From NCBI GenBank assembly GCA_000388065.2, contig KB932202.1: a DNA stretch of 39,952 bases. One strand, given 5' to 3'. Both the position numbers and the translations under genes were made by a program. This DNA comes from Fonticula alba ATCC 38817 (Eukaryota > Protista > Nucleariida). Under the pieces are notes generated by a model. The model was given only the letters and a program-made list of their open reading frames with translations. It did not search any database and had not been told where the DNA came from. Shown here piece by piece: positions 31,618 to 39,952 of this stretch. The first letter of the stretch is position 1. Each line of letters opens with the position of its first letter.

Positions 31618-34600
31618 TCAGGAGGAGGAGGAGCTGCTTACCGTGTCCACCGACGACGAGGAGGACGAGGAAGAGGTGGAGGATGATGATGATGATGATG
31701 ACAGCGCGGGCGAGGAGGCGGCCACAGCTGCGGCTGCCACGGCCACCGCGGCTGCGGCGGCCGCTGCCGCAGCGGCCGCCGGGCTGAAGTGCGATGCTGG
31801 GGAGCTTCCCAAGGCAGAGGGACTTGCTGAAAGAAGGCCAAGAGAGGCAGCCCCCCCGCCGAGGGGGGCCGCCGTGATGAAGACCGCCGTCGAGGAGGGG
31901 AACCCCGGGAGATCGGAAGAGCACACGTCCACAGCTGCGGCTGCCACGGCCACCGCGGCTGCGGCGGCCGCTGCCGCAGCGGCCGCCGGGCTGAAGTGCG
32001 ATGCTGGGGAGCTTCCCAAGGCAGAGGGACTTGCTGACGTGTGCTCTTCCGATCTGATGATGATGATGACAGCGCGGGCGAGGAGGCGGCCACAGCTGCG
32101 GCTGCCACGGCCACCGCGGCTGCGGCGGCCGCTGCCGCAGCGGCCGCCGGGCTGAAGTGCGATGCTGGGGAGCTTCCCAAGGCAGAGGGACTTGCTGAAA
32201 GAAGGCCAAGAGAGGCAGCCCCCCCGCCGAGGGGGGCCGCCGTGATGAAGACCGCCGTCGAGGAGGGGAACCCCGGGCCATCGACGAGTGGGCCGCCGAG
32301 ACTCGGCAGGCCGAGACTGCACTCGAACCCGCCAATGTCGCTGCCACTATCCGTGCANNNNNNNNNNNNNNNNNNNNNNNNNNNNNNNNNCTTGTAATCG
32401 CCGTGATGAAGACCGCCGTCGAGGAGGGGAACCCCGGGCCATCGACGAGTGGGCCGCCGAGACTCGGCAGGCCGAGACTGCACTCGAACCCGCCAATGTC
32501 GCTGCCACTATCCGTGCCACTGTCGTAGCCGGACGCCTTGTGGCGCTTCTTCAGCGGGTGGTGCTGTGATGGCCCAGAACCCGGAGCCTGCGCCTGCGCT
32601 TGGGCCGGGAGCTGGGCCTGTGCTTGGGCCGGAGGCTGAGATGGCTGCGACGGCTGCGATGGCGGTGCCTGGGAATGGTCCCCGGCAGCAGCCGGCGGCG
32701 CCGGTCCTCCCGGCTGCTGGCAGGCTGACATACTTGAGCCGGCGGATTGCTCCTGCTGCTGCTGCTGCTGTTGTTTTTGTTGCTGCTGCTGCTGCTGCTG
32801 TTGCTGCTGCTGCGACCGCTGCTGCGACTGTTGCGGCGGCGGTTGCTGCTGCGACTGCTGCGACTGCTGCACCGGGGCCTCGAGCGCCGAAGAGAAGGGC
32901 GAGGAACTGAGCCCGAGACCCGCCAGCCGGGGACTTGATGGCGACGAGGACAGGGGGATGGCCATGACAGCCGGGCCGCCGGCGGCAGCGGTGGTCGCAG
33001 TGAAATGTGAAGGAATTGCCACCAATGAGCCACTGGTCGGCGAGTGGGCGACAGGCCCCCCGGCCAGGGACCCGCCGCCCGGGGGCTTCGGCTCCAGGAA
33101 GAGCGGCTCGGCTGCGCCGCCCACACCCCGGGGCGAGGAGAGCATGTGCATTGGCCGGGCCCCGCCGCCGGAGGGCGGTGTGCCCGACATGGCCAGGGTT
33201 CCCCCGAGGCCGGGGTCGCCCCCGAGGACCGCCGCCGATGAGACGACCCCGGTGGGCTCGGCCCCGGGCACATCTCCCGACCCAGGGAAGGGGGGGCCCT
33301 CGCCGGCGGGGCCGCCCCCGCTGCCACTCAGCAGGGCGCTCAGCAGCGAGGGCGAACGCTCGCCCAGACTGCCGGGGGCATTTGGGGCCGCCGGAGCGAA
33401 GACCAGCACCGGCGCGGCGCCGGCCACCGCCGGGCCCGCAGCCAGCGAGGCCAAATCACCGGCCGGGCCGCCGCCGGGAGCCGCCACCGCCGGCGACGTC
33501 GACAGGACAACCCCCCCAAGGGGCAGGACTGCGGCCGCGGCCGCGGCCTGCAAGCTGGCCAAGTCCGCCAGGACCACGGTCCCGGGGTTGGCCGCCGCGG
33601 CCGAGGTCACTCCACTCAGGGAAGACATCGACGGGCAGGGGGTGGGATTGCCCACGGGGCCCGGGCTTGACACGGTGCCGGCCCCGGCCCCACTGGCCGC
33701 CACCATGGCCCCGGTCGGGGAGAAGGGTACAGCCAAGGCAGCGGTCCCGGCTCCGGTGGCAGTGGCACCGGCCACAGGAACCACGGCAGCCGCGGCGGCG
33801 GCGGCGGCGGCGGCGGCAATGCCAGCGGCAGTGCCGGCCCCGCCGGCGGGCGTGCAAGCACCCGTGCTGGCTCCCACAATGGCAGGACCCCCGAAGGCAG
33901 ACAGCAGCACCGAACCGGGGTCGCCGGCTGGAGGAGGCCCAGGCCCGCCAGGACGGCCACCAGGCCCGGAGCTGTGGTCGGCCGCCGCCGCCAAAACCAC
34001 CGACCCGGCCGGCAGGGACACCGACGGACTGGGAGGCACCCCGCGGCCGGGAGGACCACCAAGCAGGCTGCCGGGGTCCGACGCCGAGGGGAGGAGGCCG
34101 TGCGTGCCGAAGCGCCCGATCGAATCCCGGCGCAGGAGCAGCGAGTCATCGGATTGGGACATCTCCTGCGAGTCGCGCCGCATGGAGCCACCGGAGGAGG
34201 TACCCCCGGGCCCGGTGCCGGCGCCGGCGCCGTGCGAGAAGTCCCCCAGGCGCAGGGCCGACACGGCGGTCGGCAGCCCGGCCGCCGGCGAGGGAGCGCC
34301 CGGCGGCACACCATGCTCCGGGGCCACAGACAGCGAGGCGACCCCGGCCGCGGTGGCCATCGGATCGACGCACCCCCCGGGCCCGGGCCCCGGGTAGGCC
34401 ATGCTGGACAGGAACCCATGGTAGATGATGGACCGCAGGGTGAGCACCGCGTTGTCGAGAGCCGCCACCGCCACGATGCGTTGGCACACGATCGACCCCG
34501 GGTCCGCCTGGCTCGGCTCCTCCAGCAGGGCAAACAGCTGCCGGGCCGCATGCAGGGCCGGGCCGCTCAGCCGGCAGGGCATGACGATGCCGGCCAGCGG

Positions 34601-36236
34601 GACCGGCACCGTGGCGGCCGCCGCAGGGGGGGGGCCCGCAAACGGCGCGGCCGCCATCACCGGGGGGGCCGCGCCGGGGGTGCGGCCGGCGGCCAGACCG
34701 CCGCGCGTGGTCGACACCGGTGCCGGGAAGAGATGGTCCTCCGGGGACAGGCCCCCCCCCTCGGTCGAGGCCATGGACTGGTCGACGGCCGGCGAGGAGG
34801 CCGGCACGCAGGGGAACGCCTCCGAGGCCAGGGACGGCTTCAGCAGGACGGACCCGCAATTGCCAGGGAGGAGCCCACGCCCGGCACTCGGCCAATGCCC
34901 GACGGCCTGGCCGCGAGGACCGGCCGAGCCGGCGCCTGCCATCGGGGGGGCAGCGGCGGCGGCGGCGGCGGCGGCTCGTGCGCCGCCCCCAGCCCGCCGG
35001 CCGGTGTCCGAGCTTCCGGCCGCACGGGGAGGCGTCGCTCGTGGTGGCGCCGCCGCCCCGCCACGGGCCATGCGCGACACGGTGCAGTGCGGACACCGGC
35101 GGCTACCGAGTACCGACCGGAAGGTGGCGAGCGAGGCCACTGGCACCGCCAGGAAGGGGGAATTCGGCAGGAAGGCACTGAACTGGGCCGCTGGCAGCAG
35201 GGCAATGGACCCGCCGAAGTAGAGCCCGTCCCCGACACCGGCCGGCAGCGCCGGGGCCGGGGCCGGGGCCGGGGCCGGGGCCGGGGTCGAGCCGGTCGCC
35301 GCTCCCGGAGGCGGAGACACCGGCCCCGGCACCGGCGACGGGGGGCCCGACGCCGCACGCGGATCAACCTGCATATCATTCGGCGAGGAGGGCGACGAAG
35401 AGTGGGGGACTTGCGCCGAGGAGGGCGAGGGTGTCGGCCCGAGGGGCGAACCCATCATGGTGTCGCCATAGGCCGACAGCCCGGCGACATTGGTCAGGGA
35501 ATTACTCTTGGCTCCGGGGCGCAAGGTGGCATCCGTCTCTCCGGGCCCGGCCATGCCATAGGCCGAGGGCGAGGAAGACGAAGACCCAGCCATACCGGGG
35601 GTCAGGGGAGACGAGTGCATTGAATCGGTCGAGCGCGATCGGCTGTGCCGACCGTCGGAATCGCGCTCGGCCATCCCGGCGGCCTGATTGTTCAGCCGGC
35701 TCAGGACGCTGGTTTGCTGGATCTTGAGGGCGGGCAGCTTGCCGCCCCCGGTGCGACCATGGCCGCCGGACCCGGTGGCAGACCCACTGCCGCTGCCGCC
35801 GCCGCCGCCGGTACCGGACCCGCTCCCAGACGAGGGGCCGCCCCCGGTGGTGGACCCGCTGCCGCCCAAGCCGACCCCCGTGCCGGGGCCATTCAGGGCA
35901 TTGGCAATGGCCGGCGAGATGAGCCGCGGGCAGATGGGCTCGATGCGCCGGATGCAGCACCACAGGCTGGCCTTCTGCAAGAGCTCCAGGTCCGGCGCCC
36001 GCAAGGGCAGGGGATTGATGGCCGGAGGGAAGGTGAGCGTCCGCTCCAGGAAGTGCCAATTGTGCAGGGAAAAGAGAGCCGCCGGGTCGGGCCCGGCCAA
36101 GCCCAATTGCAAGATCCCCGACACATAGGCCATGGCGTAGGCAACGGCTCCGGGCTGCAGGCCAGCCTGCCGTAAACTTTCGAAGGAGCTGCTGCGCGAG
36201 AGCGACCGCGAACCGGGGCCACTGACACCGTTGCTT

Positions 36237-36279
<43 letters not shown>

Positions 36280-38561
36280 TCCCCAGCCCGAGGGAGGACA
36301 AGTTGCTGGAGCTGCCAGCCCAGGAGGAAAGCCCACTGTGGGAGTTGGACCGGCGACCGCCAGGGCCGGAGGAGCCCGGGGCCCCAGGCACAGGCGGGTC
36401 GCCGGAGGGCAGACTATTGAGCACGGCCCACGAGGAGCCGCCAGTGCCAGACCCGGGGCCACGCGCATGTTGACCAAACTGGTGGTGGTGGTGGTGGTGG
36501 TGGTGGTGGTGGTGGTGGAAGTGCGGGTGCATGTGCGGATGCGGATGCGGATGATGCGACCCCGGGATAAGCGCGCGGCCAACATTGTCCAGCGACTCGT
36601 GGCCCAGGGCCAGGCACAGCAGCGAGGGGTCTTGGAAAATCCGCAACAACAGCTGGCAGGCCAGCCGGTGGGCACCATTGCCAATGACATCGGCTCGCTG
36701 GATGGTCCGGCCGGGGGGCGGCCCATGGGCCAGGCCAGAGGCCGAGTGGCCGGGCCCACCGGCGCCGCTGCCGCTGCCACCGCCAGGCCCATGGTCCGAT
36801 GAGGTGGCAGAAGCCCGCGCCCCGCCGGCCGGCTGCAGTCGCAGATATCGGCGGATGAGCACGGTGGCGAAGCCGGAGGACACCAGCCGCCCCATGGCAC
36901 AGGGGTTGAAGTGGATAAAGTGATTCAGCAGCAACAGGTGCCGGTAGCAATTGAGCGGACTCGGGGACCAATCAATCGAGGCATTGTGGTGCAACTGCGA
37001 GTGATGCTGCTGATGATGGGGGTGCTGATGGGAGGATGACGACCCGGAGCCCGGGGCCGGGCTGCCGGCCAGGCGAAAGGCAGGGCTCAAAGAAGAAGCC
37101 GGCCCGGCCGCCCGGCGAATGATGGCCAAAATGCCGTCCAGCAAATCGGCATCCGGGGCCACGAAGCGCGCGAACACCGCCGGGCTGGTGGCCATATTCG
37201 AAAGGACCAGGATGGCGTAAATTTGCTCCGGCGGCGGGCAATGCACGGCCCCCGGCAGCGAAGCCGACGTCAGGGCATGGAAGCCAGGCCGCGCGCGGGG
37301 GACCGCACGCCAGTGCCAGTTGTCCGTGCCGCCCGGCCAAACTGCCGGGAGTCGGCCCCCGAGGGACCCGGGAGGGGCGGCAGCAAGGTCGGCCGCCAGG
37401 TCGGCGGTCAGTCCGGCGATGGCGACATGCGCATGGCCGGCCCCGGGGCCGGGCCCGGGCCCGGGCCGGGTGCCAGCGGCTCCGGCACCCGGGGCGGTGC
37501 CATCCCGCTGGGCAGCCCCGGCCCCGGGGCGCGACAGACGCGCATCCGGGATCTCGGTCAGGACGGCTTCCAAATCCGGGCGATAGGCAAAGTACGTCGG
37601 GTCCAGGAGGGCCACCGCCCGAGCAACGAGCCCGGGATTGCGCGCCCACACGGCATCCACACAGGCGGACGTTTGGAAGAGGTTCGCCAGCAGCAGGGCC
37701 ACCGAAGCATGGAGGGCAATGTAGTGCGGCTCGCGGGAGAAGACGGCCACACGAGCAGCCGCCCGGCTGCCGGGCCCATGGCCAGAGGACCCGAACAGCA
37801 GGGGGCCGCCCATGGCCCCCATGGGCCCCACGGAAAAGCCCCCCCGGCGGGAGTCCAAGGGAACAAAGAGAGCCCGACTGGCACACCCGGCCCGGGCCTG
37901 CCGCGATCCGGCGTAAGACCCGTCCACGCAGGTGGCCAACGCGGCCAGGAGGGCTGGATTGGTGGCAATCTCGCCGCGGAGCTCCGACAGGTTGGTGGTC
38001 GTGGAATCCGCATGCAGGAGCAGCCCCAGCACCCGGATGGCGAAGGTCAAGGCCCGGACGCGCAGATCGTCCACATACGCGTGGGGGAATTCCCGGCGCT
38101 GGAAGATCGGCGGCACGGGGGGCCGATCGGCCAGGGCCAGGCCCAGGAGCGAGCCAGCGGTGCTGTGCTCCGGAGGGCCGGGGACCGGGGCCGGGGCCGG
38201 GGCGGCGCCCGCCACCGGCGGACCACCGTCACCCGGGCTGCCGGTCGACAGGAAACGCCCGGAGAGTGACTGGCTGCGCTTGCGGCCATCCGGGATGCCG
38301 GTCGCGGATGCCGCGCTGACAGGTGCTATCCCGGGCGCCGGAGAATCCAGACGCATGCTGGCACTGCGCTCGCGCGGTGAGGGCAGCCCGCCCATGTCCG
38401 ACATTCGACCATCCGGCGACATGGCGCCATGGCCATCGTCAGAGCGCATGCCGGGCGACGAGGAGCACGGGGGCGACAGCTCAGCACCGGGGCCGGTTGC
38501 CGCGGTGGCAAGGCCCGTCCCGAGTCCGGCGGTCGGGGCATCCCCGGGTGTGGGAGTGGCA

Positions 38562-38611
<50 letters not shown>

Positions 38612-39849
38612 CGTCGCAGCGGCCGGGGCAGTACCAGCACCGGCACCGGCACCGGCCGTCGGGATGGTTCCGCCACCGGCGACAGCCCAGTGAGACATGG
38701 AGTCCGAGAGGGCCAGCTCCTCCGGGGTCAGGCCGGCCGTCTCGCGAATCACATAAGCCACCAGCAGGTGCAGGAAACCGATGGCGATGACGCGGCTGGG
38801 GACGCCGACATTTTGCACCAGCGCCTCGATGTACAGGAGGATGGCAATGCGGTCCTCGATGAAGTGGCGGCGCATGGACACCGGCAAACGCGGCCCGCCG
38901 GGCAGGCTGGCCGCGTGGGTCAGCTGCTGCGGCAGGCGGTAGTACGCGGCCGCGACCGCCGGGTCCGCCAAAGGCCCAGTGTCGCCAGAGACGGAAAACC
39001 GCCGAGGCGAGGACAGCTGCCCGGAGAGGGGATCCACCGTGAGGATGGGCTGGGTCTCGGGGCTGGCCACTTGACTGGAGAGGGAGGTCGCGGTGTCGAG
39101 ATCCTCCGGCGAACTGGAGTCCATGGGCGGTGTGCGTGGCGAGAAGAGTGCTACGGGAGAGGGGCATGTAAGTTAGAGGGATATAGGTGGATGTTGAGGG
39201 AAGGGGGAGTGGATGGAGTGGATGGAGTGGATGGAGTGGATGGAGTGGATGGAGTGGATGGAGTGGATGGAGTGGATGGAGTGGAGAATGAAGGAGGCAG
39301 GAGGAGGCAGGAGGAGGCAGGAGGAGGAAGAAAGAGAGGAATGGCGTACTCCCAGCACCAGGGGGGGGATCGGCCACCGGGACCGGCGGCGCCTCATCGA
39401 GGGAGTTGATGAAGGCGATTTGCAATTGAGGGATGTTGAGGTTGTTGAGGGCCGATCCGAAGTAGCGTGCGGCCATGCGGGCGCCCGGGGTCGAGTGGGC
39501 ATTGGCCAGCGAGGCCAGGGCCATGGAGCAAATGGACCGGACGTGCGGCACTCGCAGGCTGGACAGGGGGCTGTTGGAGGCGGACGGGGGAGGGGTCATC
39601 GGGAGAGCCCCACCGGGGGCGACGGCCGGCCGGCCGGCCGGCGAGGTGGCCGGAGCCCGGGCATGCACGGCCCGGTGGAGAAACTCCAGCACGCCATCGC
39701 GGAAGAGGGCATGTGCGGTATCGTCGTCCGGAGCATCGGCGCAGATGAATGCCAGGATGTATGCCGCGGCGGTGGCCAGAGCCACGTCCATGCGGTTTTC
39801 GATGACATCCATCAGATACCGGAGGGGGGAGAAAGTTTTGGACCGGGTG
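31618..39849 (-). CDS. Very large uncharacterised protein with probable ARM/HEAT-like helical repeats and long low-complexity linkers; 5' end lies beyond the right edge. Exons 39849-39350 and 39150-~31618/31642.
   Basis: 2515-aa ORF plus an upstream exon joined in phase across intron 39349-39151. Helical blocks such as AAAYILAFICAD, ALFRDGVLEFLHRAV, YAILVLSNMA, GRLVSSGFATVLIRRYL. The 3' end is distorted by adapter-linked duplications. No family recognised; the ARM/HEAT call is an inference. Confidence 0.7.
31910..32055. other. Library fragment flanked by two Illumina adapter pieces in inverted orientation
   Basis: AGATCGGAAGAGCACACGTC at 31910-31929 and GACGTGTGCTCTTCCGATCT at 32036-32055 enclose a third copy of the local Ala-rich coding sequence. 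Confidence 0.96.
32358..32390. other. Assembly gap flanked by an unmerged ~118-bp overlap
   Basis: 32239-32356 is repeated at 32400-32517. Confidence 0.95.
39207..39285. repeat. Intronic 9-bp tandem repeat (GAGTGGATG) x ~8.8, followed by (GAGGAGGCAG) x ~3
   Basis: Read directly; lies within intron 39349-39151. Confidence 0.9.
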
Positions 39850-39952
39850 CTACGCCAGGGCCCAGCCGGCAAGCCGGGAGAACGGAGCGGGCCAATGAGA
39901 TGGGGGCGGCAAGGGAGCAGAAGGGCAGAGAGAGGGAGGGGGGCAGGGGAGG

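Noticed and set aside
31088-31642. Read-through fusion of the orphan protein to dynamitin by splicing across the gap
   Set aside because: The phase-0 donor at 31641 joined to the CCCCAG acceptor before DCTN2 is out of frame with the DCTN2 ATG.
31910-32055. Apparent terminal inverted repeats suggesting a MITE, or repeat-spacer structure suggesting CRISPR
   Set aside because: The inverted ends are the TruSeq adapter and its reverse complement; no transposase or cas genes, and the DNA is eukaryotic.
39207-39285. (LHP)n or (SIH)n repeat protein in the ORF track
   Set aside because: Lies within a GT-AG intron whose removal joins the flanking exons in phase.

Overview
GC-rich, intron-containing eukaryotic genomic DNA (GT-AG introns with CT-rich tracts, five N gaps). 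It holds eight protein-coding genes: a very large Piezo mechanosensitive channel (minus strand, cut by the left edge, its main exon missing from the ORF track), a BPNT1/gPAPP-like nucleotidase, NUP85 and VPS41 on the plus strand, then a Prs5-type PRPP synthetase, a PPX1/Prune exopolyphosphatase, dynamitin (DCTN2) and a >2,400-aa probable ARM/HEAT-repeat orphan (cut by the right edge) on the minus strand. The mix of fungal-like (Prs5) and non-fungal (Piezo, animal-type nucleotidase) genes fits a unicellular relative of fungi such as Fonticula; this is inference only. Four untrimmed Illumina adapter fragments with flanking duplications artificially break VPS41 and the orphan gene; removing the inserted lengths restores both reading frames. 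I found no clear new multi-gene system. The best leads are the giant Piezo, a VPS41 RING that has lost exactly one zinc site, the Prs5-type loop insertion and the orphan helical-repeat protein. All family assignments come from recalled motifs, not database searches.
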